Positions 27,079 to 37,976 of a DNA stretch of 64,000 nt are shown here, piece after piece. The notes beneath the pieces are model-generated. The model ran no database searches and was not told the origin of the DNA. It was given only the letters and a program-made list of their open reading frames with translations. Numbering within the stretch: the stretch's first letter is position 1; each line of letters starts with the position of its first letter. The stretch covers positions 51,400,001 to 51,464,000 of the forward strand of contig CM097885.1 in assembly GCA_044892525.1 (NCBI GenBank). Direction: 5' to 3'. The DNA comes from Schmidtea polychroa. Taxonomy: Eukaryota. The position numbers and the translations under genes are program-made.

Positions 27079-28732
27079 TATATCTGCATAAATATTTTCT
27101 TTGTATAAAACTTCTGAGAAAATTTAATGTCTTAATTAATTTTAATAATTAAATCAAAATAATTTGGAATTTCAATACTAATTAGTTATTAACAAATTAT
27201 TATTACCACTAACAAATATGTTGACACATAAAGGGTCTTATGTATATCTGTCATAAAAAGTTAGAGTGCCCTAATCACATTATTTATTCAATAATTAAAA
27301 CTTAACTATATAAAAAATTATAAAAATATTTTTGTATAGTTTTTATGATATTTCAAATAATGCACTGAAATCTAGCTTGTAAACATTAACTTGAATTTTT
27401 GCTTTATTCTTTAAAATATCACTGATTTAGTCATCATTCAATTCTTCCACTTTTCTGCATCAAGGTAGTCAAAGTTTCAATTTGTACTCTCATAGTCTTC
27501 TATTAATTCCTCTTTAACATTTTTCTTTCCATGTTCTTTATTTAAATGCTTCCGAAAATTTAAGGTAAATCGTTTCACTTTCTAATTCTTTAATTTTGCA
27601 TGTAACAACTTCTGCTTCCCGATTTTTATTGAAATCTAACGATGTACCAACTGAATTATTTCTTGGAATTTTTGCCAATAATAAATTTTCTTTGGTTTTT
27701 TTCCTTCTGTTCATTTTTGGTTTTCATAACCAAACTTCGATAGTGCTCTCAAGTAATACATAAAATCAAAATATATGTATTTCTTGTGTTTTCCAAATAC
27801 ACAATTTAGAATTTAAAACTTAGTACATATACTTCGATTGATGGCGCCCGTGGGCTACGGTTATATTATCCCAATGGTTAAGGATGGTATGGTTATATGT
27901 TATGAAATTGCGCTTGATCATAATAATACTCCATTTGATTGGTTGATTTTTTTCATTAACTAATTTTTATCGTTCAAGAGGTTACGATTTCAAATGACCT
28001 TTTATATAATTCTATGTTTAAAGTTATATATCGGGGTTTTAAGGCTTTATTTGAAATTTTAGTCTTTATCTTTACATATGAGATTTTTCGTATTTTCATC
28101 AATATTATCAATTTCTGGTCTTTACATTTTGCTTGGTGTTTTAGGTAGAAAGTCAGGTTGAAAGAATTAAACCTTATATTGCTGCTTCGTAACACGGAGA
28201 AACATTTTCCCTAATCCCACTTATCTTTGGCATATGGATCTGTGATTATGGAAATTTGGATACTTTGATTAGTCTCATTTTCTCTCTTTCTAATTCATTA
28301 TTAACTAGAAAGAGTAGACCAGTCTGGATTTCTATTAATGTTTTGTATTCTAATATAATATTAATATAATTATTTGGGATTTAACTTTTTAATTCACATC
28401 CTTTTCCAATTTTTGTTTCGACTGAGCTTTTCTTAACGATTATCGCAAATTTTTAAAAGGCGACTTAAGACTTTAGAGATACGATGCATATTTAACCGAA
28501 ATTGCAACCTCCATTTTGTTAAACTTCATAATTTAATTTTTTAATATTTTTGAAAATTTAAAAAACTCAACATAAAAAATAAAGTTAATCCACAATAATT
28601 TCAATTAAATCCATGTAAATAATAATAAAATAATTCTTACGCAAGTCAGAGACTTAATACAAAAATACAATAATCAGTAGTAGAATAACTCTGAAATTAA
28701 ATTATTTTCGTTGACTGGAAAACATTTTAATT

Positions 28733-29083
28733 TTACACTCGTGGATTGATTTCGTTGTCATTTTCCATGCAGAGAAAAATACTGAAAATAAAAGTCACAA
28801 TAAGAATGAAAGATGCTAAAACCTCCAACGGTTGAGTTTTGTAATGCATTTGTCTGATAAAAGAACAACAGAGTTGACGTTGTTGATCATTGAACCTGTT
28901 TACACAACAAATTGAATCAAATCCGTCACAACAGTGCTCAAGACTAGACTTGTTCAAATGGCCCAGACAACTGTAACAATATTGTAGAAACTGATTATAA
29001 TCTTCGGATAATGAAAATAGTTTAATAGGAGCTGAACTAACGAAACTCATAATTATTATAAAATAAATTATTATAATATTCAT
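28733..29083 (-). CDS. Small Cys-rich single-pass membrane protein (signal peptide, CxxC plus three CC pairs, TM, short tail)
   Basis: MNIIIIYFIIIMSFVSSA signal-like N-terminus; YCYSC, HCCD, ICCV, LCCS; VLASFILIVTFIFSIFLC TM-like segment. Confidence 0.5.
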   Translation of the reverse strand: MNIIIIYFIIIMSFVSSAPIKLFSLSEDYNQFLQYCYSCLGHLNKSSLEHCCDGFDSICCVNRFNDQQRQLCCSFIRQMHYKTQPLEVLASFILIVTFIFSIFLCMENDNEINPRV

Positions 29084-29769
29084 TATCCTTAATCCATTTT
29101 TATAATATCGACTTAATAAATACCAGTTTATATTTTATATATTTAATTAGTAATATAAGTGACTACAGTGGGAAAATAAAGGACATGTTGAAGAAAATAA
29201 AAAAAAACCTTATAAAGTTCATAGGTTTGTAACATTTGTTACGAAATTATCAGTGAAATTAAGACCTGTTCTCTTAAATGAACGATATATGACTCATAAA
29301 ATTATAAATATAGATTTTGCGTGTTTTACTAACAACGATTTAAAAAAACTGAATTAGCAAGGAATTATAACTTTTTAATAAGTTAGATTGTTTTATTAAA
29401 CCGTTACCTACCGGTGCCCCACTATGGGTGAACTCGATAAACTCGTGAACTTGTAAGAATTTTTTAATCCGGTTTTTTTTTAAAATAGAGCACAAATTAC
29501 TCTTCAGATTTAGATAAAACTTTCCCACCTCCCTCCTTTAATTACTACAAAAAAATTGCTATCACTGATAGATTTTACTATTGGAATTTTACATTCCATG
29601 TTTAAGAAAAACAACAATGCTAAAAATAGAATAACATTATTCCCAAGTATTATTTTCACTTTCAAATTTTCATTAATTTATTTTGATATGAAAAATGTGA
29701 AAAATGATAAATTTTATATTTTATTTATCCGGTTATAAATCTATTAGACAAAGACCTTTTTTGAATTAA

Positions 29770-32041
29770 CACGTTGACTGCCGTGAAGGTCACCGGTGAC
29801 CGGCACTCGACTTGGCTACAGGGCCGTGGAGGCGACCAATAGTTAAAATACGTAATTAGGGTAAACATCGATACTTACAAATTTCTAAATAATACCATTG
29901 TTTCTGTATTGCATCGAAGAAATTAATGCCTTACAGAACATGTAAAAATAATTTTATTAACGAAAAGAAAATATACATTATTTATTCGCATAACGATGAG
30001 TTACATTAAAACACAATAGGCAAAGGAAAGGTGAACCAGAACAATCGGTACAATATGTCGCCACTTTTTAGTGGTATTTTTTGCTCTCATATTTCCTAGT
30101 TGTTTTGAATTTTTGTCATAACATAATTTGTAAAACCGCCTTATACTTCACATACTTCCCGGTTTCCTTTTAAGTTCATGACGACATTTTTTCTGTACGT
30201 AATTCGTCATCAGAAGATTTCACTAAATACATAGCTAACTTCATTCTAAAATCGGTGATTGAAATATTTTTCTGAATTACTTGTTTGTATAACGCCAGTG
30301 AATTTACAGCACAAGTGTTGAATAAAAGCTCTATGGCCAATTTTCGGTACTACTTTATAGTTTTTCGAAGTGGCGAACTGTAAGCAGCCATTTGGTCAGA
30401 CAAATCAACAGAAGATTTCCCCACATTATAGTCTGCTACCATTTTTGGTTTCTCATATGTGCAAGATCTTTTTGGTACACTTATCATTTCAGCAGAATAT
30501 TTCGTAGATAGCATCAGTATATCTCTTTTATCTTTCCATTTTAAAAAAGTTACACCTTTTTTATTTTTTCGCGCGATGTCTTGTCAACGTTTCAATTTTT
30601 TGGACACTACTTCATTTGTATTGCCTCATCGACTTTTGCGCAGCGTACCCACTAAATGCGTCTGCATTCATATTAATTTCTCTGCCAGTTTTACACTTGT
30701 GTAATAATTGTCTGTACAATTCGTATGGCCTTTGCCCAAAACATCTTTACAAAGAGATAGCACAACCTCAGATGATTTATTCCTAGATGTTCGCTTAGCA
30801 TTTTTATCTTTGCCCTCATAGATTTGGAATGAATGAGTGTAACCTGGCCCACTACATAATTTAAAAACTTTTATGCCATATATATGCCGCTTTTGTTTTA
30901 TGTATTGACGAAATATTATACGGCCCCGAAACGGCACTAATGATTTATTCACGCACAGTATTTCGTCAGGATTATAATATTTTTTATAGTTACTGTTTAG
31001 ATAATTAATAATAGGAACAATTTTAGATAATCTATCACTTGAATTACATTCTTCATTATTATTAAAATGAAGAAATCGCAAGAGTATTTCGAATCTATTT
31101 CTTGGCATGACTTTACGTGGAAATGGCTGATTAAATCCTTAATCTTTACTCCAATAGAGATCAATTTTTGTTAATCGCACCAATCCCATCCACACGATGA
31201 GGTCAAAGAAACGTTTTATTTCGTTAGAATTTGTTTCACGCCATTGATCTAAACGATACGATTGCTGTTCGGATTTTCTTTGCGATCCATAGATGTTCGT
31301 TTGATTTGCGATCATTTCGAATATTTCATCCGTGACAAAAACAAAATAAAAACTATGTGGTTCTGAACGAAAAAAAATCTCCGATTGGCACATATTGATT
31401 CTGGTCGAATTCGAAAATGTGATTCTGGCTTGATTACCCACAGGAACACACCAATTCGTATCAAGCTCATCTTGTATGTCATTTTCATTGTTGATGTCTT
31501 CTTCAATTTCAGAGTCACTGTCCGACTCAATCCGGTAGCGGCGTACTGTGGAAGCTCTTATCATATCTGATAAACTACTTGATAAACTTTCCACGCTATC
31601 TGATAGCAATCGATTTCGTTTTTAGGGTCTTCGTAAAACTACATTGTCGGATGAAGAGCTTGACTCATAATATTCAGTTGAACTCATATTTGTAAGGGCT
31701 AATTAAAAAATTTAATGAATGTAAAAACTTATGTAAAGTGACAGAGTATAACGAATGCATTTACTTACCTACTTTTCGGAAGCACTTAAGGAGACTAAGA
31801 AATGATAGTAACTGCTTAGCAACAGAAGCGTAACAGTTTGGAACAACTGATAATCACAAAAACGGTTTACAGCGCCTTGGGGGTCACCGGTGAACCCCAC
31901 CACGAAAAATGCATAAAGAATGTTAATACAACCTAATTTTTTCACTATATATAAAATTTCAACATAAAATGCATCGCATAATAAAAAATACATGTTGACG
32001 CCTCGGGCAAGTCACGTAAAATTTGCACGGCAGCCAACGTG
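29770..32041 (-). mobile_element. piggyBac transposon (PGBD4-like), full length but inactivated
   Basis: TTAA on both sides; 16-bp TIR CACGTTGACTGCCGTG with one mismatch; subterminal GGTCACCGGTGA palindromes. Confidence 0.92.
29980..31687 (-). pseudogene. piggyBac transposase pseudogene
   Basis: MPRNRFEILLRFLHF, LVPFRGRIIFRQYIKQKRHIYGIK, TDNYYTS, C-terminal Cys-rich region; frameshifts and stops; first catalytic D appears replaced (CVNKS). Confidence 0.9.
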
Positions 32042-32069
32042 TTAACTTGAACATTTTCTAGGTAAAACC

Positions 32070-32070
<1 letters not shown>

Positions 32071-32116
<46 letters not shown>
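32071..32116. repeat. (AAT)n microsatellite
   Basis: Direct. Confidence 0.95.
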
Positions 32117-33389
32117 TGTAGTGAACCGTTAAACGGTTTTATCGAAATCTATATACATCTTATATGATCAATTTTAAAATATCAAATGATTAGTCAAATT
32201 TTCAAATTATAAAATTTATCAAAACAGATTTTTTTGAAACATTAATTGTCAACAGTCAAAATTATTTTAATAAAAACAAACTTTTTATATGGGTTTTAAA
32301 CCCAACAACTAAAAATTAACAGATTGAGAATTTTTTTCATCGGATTGCCCTTTTACGATGTGGACCACATAATGTGGTCATAATGTTTTGTGGTGACACA
32401 GCACAAATCGGTGATCCGACTGATTTGTAATTAAATTACAAAAGATATCAAAAGAATTATTGGAAATTTTCAATCTTATTTTGTTACCAATGGACAACTG
32501 GGATGTTTTAATTTATTGAACAATTTTGAATGTTACACTCAACTCAACACGGACACAATGAGACATTTTCAATCTCATGAATAAAAGAATAAACAAAGTT
32601 TCGAGCGGCATTTATAATTGACAAATACAATGAACTTGTCGGAATTTCTTTCTCCCTGATAAGAGCATATGATTGGCTACATTTGCACCGAAATTATGAA
32701 TACTTAGTGTTATTAATTTAAGTCCACTTGAGTATAAAAAATATAGTCAATAAAACTGATACGTAATAATTGACATTATTCGAACAACCGATTTAAATGG
32801 CGAATTAATTAATTTAATAATAATGATAATTATGCAAGCCAACATTTATATTAATAATACTTTTACTATATAATAATATTTGTTATTTATATATCCTTAA
32901 CACTTAGTATTACTATATTGTGAGTGTGTGTATGCACCTTTTCTCGGATAATTTCAATTGTGTTTGCTTTGCCTTTTGCTCAAACCCGATATTCTAGATC
33001 TGGCGAATGAAGAAAAAGTTTTCGTCTATTATTTTTTTGAAAACACCAAATAGTATGACTAACCGATTAGTATAACCAAAAATTATTTTTTGATAGACTC
33101 ATATTATTTAGCTATGTCCGTTATATATATAGAGGCCGGCAAAAAACTTCGTTTTTATCAGACAGAAAATATCTGAAGATCAAGGTTAAAATTTCTTAGA
33201 TAAATTTTCTAAGACAGATCCTTAACAAGACTGGAAAGTTTGAGATTTAAATTAAAACAAATAGCTTAGAGTTTATTTAGAGTTTATTAAATGAATTAGC
33301 CTGAAAGATGAAAAAGACAAAAATTATTTCGTTACAATTTTAACACGAAATAACTTTTCGGCAACCGAAATACCCCGATTTTTTATCGA

Positions 33390-33542
33390 AAGTTTGGGTG
33401 CAGAGAATGCCGTTAGCCTTTGGAGAGTACAGTAGATTACCAAAGAGTTTGCAGGAGAACTTCGAACACTTTTTTGAGCGAAAAGAAAGTTCAGGAAGAC
33501 CATAAACGAGCACTGCAGAAAAGAATATCATAATTGTGCGTG
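33390..33542 (+). pseudogene. mariner transposase relic, part left of the Polinton insertion
   Basis: KEFAG..ERKESSGRP*TSTAEKNIIIVR; continues as EMIEED after the element. Confidence 0.7.
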
Positions 33543-33934
33543 AGTAGTGTGGTTATATACCCAACCAAAACAGCCCCCCAACAAAAACATGCCTCCAAAT
33601 CACTTAAGCTATTAGAAAAACAACCTAAAACTTATACTTTTATAGTATTTTAACCCTATATTTTGAAAACAACCACCCTTAATGACTCTAACTGTTTTAA
33701 TCTTTAAAGCCTCAAACTCAAAAGCTTCAAACTAAAAAGAGAATAGAAAAGAAAATGGCATTATGAAAAAGTTAGAGGGCTATTTGATCTTTATCAGATT
33801 ATTGATTTTAAATTATATAAATTAAAAAATAAATGAAAAATAGTAAAACTGCTCTGAGGGGACAGTGGTATTTTTTTTTTTTTTCACTGTCCCCTCAACA
33901 GTTTTTTTGATCCGGATCATTTTTTTTTATTTCA

Positions 33935-34115
33935 ACCTCTTTCGTTTATCAAATCTCTTCTAATATACAAACTGGCCAGACTCATACATCAGAATCAATC
34001 CGATAATAGCAGCACGCCTTATTATTCGCTTCTCGCTCACGAAGTCGATTTCAACGGCGTTTTAAGCGTGCCGCTCGAAAGTACAAATGAATTCGAAAGC
34101 GAATCCGAAAGAGGT
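33935..34115 (-). ncRNA. Putative structured ncRNA domain in left TIR (copy of 48282-48462)
   Basis: 10-bp closing stem ACCTCTTTCG/CGAAAGAGGT plus a nested 10-bp stem. Confidence 0.4.
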
Positions 34116-34147
34116 CCGAAAACAACTGAGAAATAAATGTGCACATT

Positions 34148-34213
34148 ACCGGGATCGATCCGGGGGTGTTCGAAAGACAGGTGGCGATAATTACCGGTTC
34201 GCCACCATCACCC
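34148..34213 (-). ncRNA. tRNA-like Pol III cassette (outer, left TIR)
   Basis: A-box-like TGGCGAACCGG; B-box-like GGATCGATCCC in a CCGG/CCGG stem; tRNA-like box spacing. Confidence 0.5.
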
Positions 34214-34369
34214 GTTTCAATATTTTTTTTTTCATATTTATGTTTAAAAAATAAAATAATAAATAAAATAAATAAAATAAAATAAAATAAAATAAAAATA
34301 AATAAAATAAAATATAAATCTAAGATACCCACACTATTATTTTCAAATTTTTAATATTATTTTATGTTG

Positions 34370-34452
34370 AAAAAAAACTAACCGTAGTTAGGATTTGAAC
34401 CGCTATCCATTTGAACCACGGTGCCGGTCTAGCCCACTGCGCTATCTAGGTT
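34370..34452 (-). ncRNA. tRNA-like Pol III cassette at the inner edge of the left TIR
   Basis: A box TAGCGCAGTGG, B box GGTTCAAATCC, closing stem AACC-TAG/CTA-C-GGTT, T8 terminator. Confidence 0.65.
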
Positions 34453-34698
34453 TGGATTTTTCTCATTTTTTAGACTATAAATAATCGATTCAAGTTCTTT
34501 AACTCTTTCCTGTAATTGTTTCATTTTCTTCAATCTTATATCAGCAACATCTACAGCCTTCATATAAAAATGTCGATACTTTTCATTATCTACCATCAAC
34601 TCTTTGATGTATTCTAATGGTTCTTCTTCTCTTCTTTTCATTCTCTTATGTTTAACTTCATTCAATTCATTTCTCATTCTTTCTTTTAACTCATCCAT
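34429..34698 (-). CDS. Polinton 89-aa charged coiled-coil protein, unknown function
   Basis: AAAATG start context like the other element genes; heptad-like charged sequence. Confidence 0.5.
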   Translation of the reverse strand: MDELKERMRNELNEVKHKRMKRREEEPLEYIKELMVDNEKYRHFYMKAVDVADIRLKKMKQLQERVKELESIIYSLKNEKNPNLDSAVG

Positions 34699-34862
34699 TT
34701 TTATAAATATTTTTTTTATTGGATATATTAATTTTTGGTAGCTTAAGTTAAAACGTTTTTGATCTTAAATTTCCAAGAGTTGCCGTTGACCAATCTCCTT
34801 AAAAATTTGTACAAGTACTAAATCGAGTATGCTGATCAATATTTCGTTAAAAAAAATATTTG

Positions 34863-34943
34863 AAAAAAAATGACCGAAATGGGATTTGAACCCATTGGTA
34901 TTGGCAATGCAGTCGAGTGCTATTACCACTAAGCTATTAGAGC
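34863..34943 (-). ncRNA. tRNA-like Pol III cassette resembling degenerate tRNA-Cys(GCA)
   Basis: 73-nt canonical spacing: A box TAGCTTAGTGG, D stem GCT/AGC, loop CTGCATT, perfect T arm ATGGG-TTCAAAT-CCCAT, T8 terminator; anticodon and acceptor stems broken. Confidence 0.7.
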
Positions 34944-35104
34944 TATACTCAATATAAAATAAGTTGTTAATGTGTGACTATTTATTGATGAAATTAATAA
35001 TTAATTATTCATTTTCTCGACAACTACCACTCAGATCCATCTGAAAATTTAAATATATACTAAAATCAGTACGCTGAATCAGATTCCGTTGAAAAAAAAT
35101 ATCG

Positions 35105-35185
35105 AAAAAAATTGACCAAAATCGAAAATTGAACCCGGTACTCCCGGTGATAAAATTGAAGCCTATTCCACTCCGCTATAATGGC
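35105..35185 (-). ncRNA. tRNA-like Pol III cassette, more degenerate
   Basis: A box TAGCGGAGTGG, B-box-like GGTTCAATT, T7 terminator; downstream flank similar to that of the 34863-34943 cassette. Confidence 0.55.
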
Positions 35186-35239
35186 TTACATAATATATTT
35201 AATTAATCCTATTGTGTGTGTAAATTTTAATATATAAAA

Positions 35240-36532
35240 ATGAATAATATAAATCTTAAAATTCAAGAAAAAAATAAATTAAATCTTGATTATAATAAAG
35301 AATTTACTCATGAAATCAAGAAAAATGATGTACTTAAAATCTCCCCAACTTCAGGATCTATTGCAAACTTAAATCGTAGGGGTGATATAGTTTTTCAATC
35401 TCTTCAAACATCAAACCCAATAGATATTTGTAATGCCAAATTATATTATAAAATCGAATTAGAAATTGAAGCAAACAAAGATATAACCCTAGAAAATAAT
35501 TTCTTTCCAAATTTATTCTCCAACATGAGATTAAAACTAGGATCATCAGAAATTGAAACTGTTTTGCATCCGGGAGTATATTCTACAATGTTAAATTTTA
35601 TTTTGACTGGTTGTGATTATAAAAATGAAAATGGTGAATTAACAGGCTGGATTCCTGATGTTAATAAAGGGGATTTAGATAAAGATGGTTTAGATATAAA
35701 TTATGGTTACCATAAAAGAGCTGAACTTTATAAATCTAAAAAATTTGAAGGTTATTTTGAATTAAAACACTTGTTTGGATTCCTTCAAAACTATAATCGT
35801 ATACTTCATAATGTTTTTATAGAATTCATCTGTAATAGAGTAGAAGGTGATAAAAGATTGTTCTATGGAGCTGTAGATACAAAAGCTAAATTAAAATTAT
35901 CAACACTTGAATTACATATACCTGAATGGACATTAAACCCACATTCTGAGATTAAACTCCTTGAAAGATTAAATTCCAACAAGTCTATAAATGTAAATTA
36001 TTTAAATAGAATCTGTAGTGAATTTAGTATGACAGAGGGTTCAACATATTCTATAAAGGTAGCAAATTTAGCATACCGACCAAGATATATCTTGATTGGA
36101 TTCAAAGAAGTAGATTCATCTTTCCAAAAAAATAACAACTTGTTTATTCAAAAGATTGGAGTTGATAATTTAAAAACAATCCAAATTCAATTAAATAGTT
36201 CTTATTATCCAATAAATAGAATGGAATTTAATATTGAAAATAATGAAAACATATTCCCATATCTAAATTATATTGAAACATGTTATGATTTCAAAGTTGA
36301 ACCGCAATTAAGTTTAGAAGATTTCAAAAATTTATATTCTATATTTTGTATAAATGTTTCAGACCAAGATGATCGCCTAGCCATAAATAATGTTGATGTT
36401 ACACTTCATGTAACAAAGGATTCTAATTTTAAAGCTAAAGTATATACATTAATATTAGAAGAAAAGAAAATAGAAATGAAATTATATGGTGGAAAGATTT
36501 CAATAATCGAAAATGTTAGGGGAGATTCTTAA
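35240..36532 (+). CDS. Polinton major capsid protein (double jelly-roll, hexon-like)
   Basis: 430 aa; NNFFPNLFS..LGSSEIE, RPRYILIGF, LNSSYYP, IFCINVS..VDV patterns typical of Polinton MCPs; element context. Confidence 0.85.
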   Translation: MNNINLKIQEKNKLNLDYNKEFTHEIKKNDVLKISPTSGSIANLNRRGDIVFQSLQTSNPIDICNAKLYYKIELEIEANKDITLENNFFPNLFSNMRLKLGSSEIETVLHPGVYSTMLNFILTGCDYKNENGELTGWIPDVNKGDLDKDGLDINYGYHKRAELYKSKKFEGYFELKHLFGFLQNYNRILHNVFIEFICNRVEGDKRLFYGAVDTKAKLKLSTLELHIPEWTLNPHSEIKLLERLNSNKSINVNYLNRICSEFSMTEGSTYSIKVANLAYRPRYILIGFKEVDSSFQKNNNLFIQKIGVDNLKTIQIQLNSSYYPINRMEFNIENNENIFPYLNYIETCYDFKVEPQLSLEDFKNLYSIFCINVSDQDDRLAINNVDVTLHVTKDSNFKAKVYTLILEEKKIEMKLYGGKISIIENVRGDS

Positions 36533-36561
36533 TATAATCCCTGATATTTTAACATTTTAAA

Positions 36562-37965
36562 ATGTCTCTCTATTGGAGATGTGAAAGTTGTAATTGTCAA
36601 GTTACAAGACATCATAAAGCAAGTCATTTAAAAACTAAAAAACATACAGGAGGTGATCTAATTCCACGAGCTGGAGGCGATTTGCAATCTTCAAAAACAA
36701 CATCTTCAATATTAAAACCTTTTACTACAGAAAAATATCCAGGTGAAAGACATTTATTTAAACACAACTATACTGGACCAGGAACACGTCTAGATATTAG
36801 ATTAGATGAAAATAATAATCCCAAACAAGGAGAAGAACCAATAAATAGAATTGATCAAGCAACTTTAAAACATGACATTGCATACAATTCAACAAATCTT
36901 AGAGATAGACATGTTGCAGATGTGAATTTAATACATGATTTAAATAGTATCCAAAATCCATCAACCCAAGAAAAGATTCAAAGAGCTCTAGTTAAATTAG
37001 CAATGAAAGGTAAGATTTTCATAGGCTTAGGACACAGTCCGATCACCATGGGTGCAAGACTTCCTAGAATAGCAAAAGATGTTGCTTATAAAAAGATTAT
37101 CGAACAAGCAGAGATTGAAAGATCCCTCGAGAGTACAGCCAAGACTAGTTTACAAACCCCAACAGAATCAGAAATAAAATATGCAAAGGAATTACACCAT
37201 GAATTTAGAAAAAATAAAAAATATTTAAAGGTTCAAGTACATGAAAAAGATCAAACATGGTCTGCAGATTTAGTCTTTATGCCCAAATCATCAGACCCTG
37301 AAAAATATAAAATAATTTTAACTGTAATAGATTTATATACAAGATTTGCTTTTGCAAGATGTTTAGTAAATAAAACAGGATATTCTATTACAGAAGCATT
37401 TGAAAATATATTTGAAGAAAATCAAAGAATCCCAAAATATTTATGGTGTGATAAAGGAACAGAATTTTATAACAAAGTTTTTACAAAGTTTTTAAATGAA
37501 AACAATATTAAATTATATTCAACAGAAAACGAAGGAAAAGCAGTCGTAGTTGAAAGATTAAATAGAACATTAAAAAATAAAATGTGGAAATATTTTACTG
37601 CTATTGGAAAACAAAAATGGAACAATGAATTGTTACAAAAGATTGTAAATGAATATAATAATGATGTACATAGTTCTATAAAATTAACACCTTTAAATGC
37701 TTCCATGAAGCCTGAAACCATTAAAGTGGTAAATATTGAAAATGATGTTATTGAAAAACCAAAGTTTAAAATTGGTGACCGAGTAAGAATATTTAAATAT
37801 AAAAATAAATTTGAAAAAGGATTCACAGCAAAATGGACAAATGAAATTTTTATTATAAATAAAATACATTATACAACTCCAATAACATATACCATCTTTG
37901 ATTTAAATAATGAAAAAATATTAGGTAGATTTTATAATAATGAACTACAGAAAACAGATTTTTAA
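36562..37965 (+). CDS. Zn finger - parvovirus-type phospholipase A2 - retroviral-like (rve) integrase fusion
   Basis: CESC..H..H; NYTGPGT and DQATLKHDIAY (PLA2); WSADL, IDLYTRF, CDKGTEF, VVERLNRTLK (DDE core); FKIGDRVRI..GRFYNNELQK. Confidence 0.92.
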   Translation: MSLYWRCESCNCQVTRHHKASHLKTKKHTGGDLIPRAGGDLQSSKTTSSILKPFTTEKYPGERHLFKHNYTGPGTRLDIRLDENNNPKQGEEPINRIDQATLKHDIAYNSTNLRDRHVADVNLIHDLNSIQNPSTQEKIQRALVKLAMKGKIFIGLGHSPITMGARLPRIAKDVAYKKIIEQAEIERSLESTAKTSLQTPTESEIKYAKELHHEFRKNKKYLKVQVHEKDQTWSADLVFMPKSSDPEKYKIILTVIDLYTRFAFARCLVNKTGYSITEAFENIFEENQRIPKYLWCDKGTEFYNKVFTKFLNENNIKLYSTENEGKAVVVERLNRTLKNKMWKYFTAIGKQKWNNELLQKIVNEYNNDVHSSIKLTPLNASMKPETIKVVNIENDVIEKPKFKIGDRVRIFKYKNKFEKGFTAKWTNEIFIINKIHYTTPITYTIFDLNNEKILGRFYNNELQKTDF

Positions 37966-37976
37966 GTCGACAAGCC

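Larger units (their letters stand above)
33543..34442. repeat. Polinton left terminal inverted repeat
   Basis: Reverse complement of 47947-48853 with only a handful of differences. Confidence 0.96.

Noticed and set aside
34051..34332. ORFs inside the TIRs (34051-34332, 48104-48310, 48261-48533)
   Set aside because: Low complexity, not called equivalently in both TIRs, and overlapping structured non-coding motifs
34863..34943. Functional tRNA-Cys(GCA) gene
   Set aside because: The anticodon stem (CTCGA/GCCAA) does not pair and the acceptor stem has mismatches; kept only as tRNA-like
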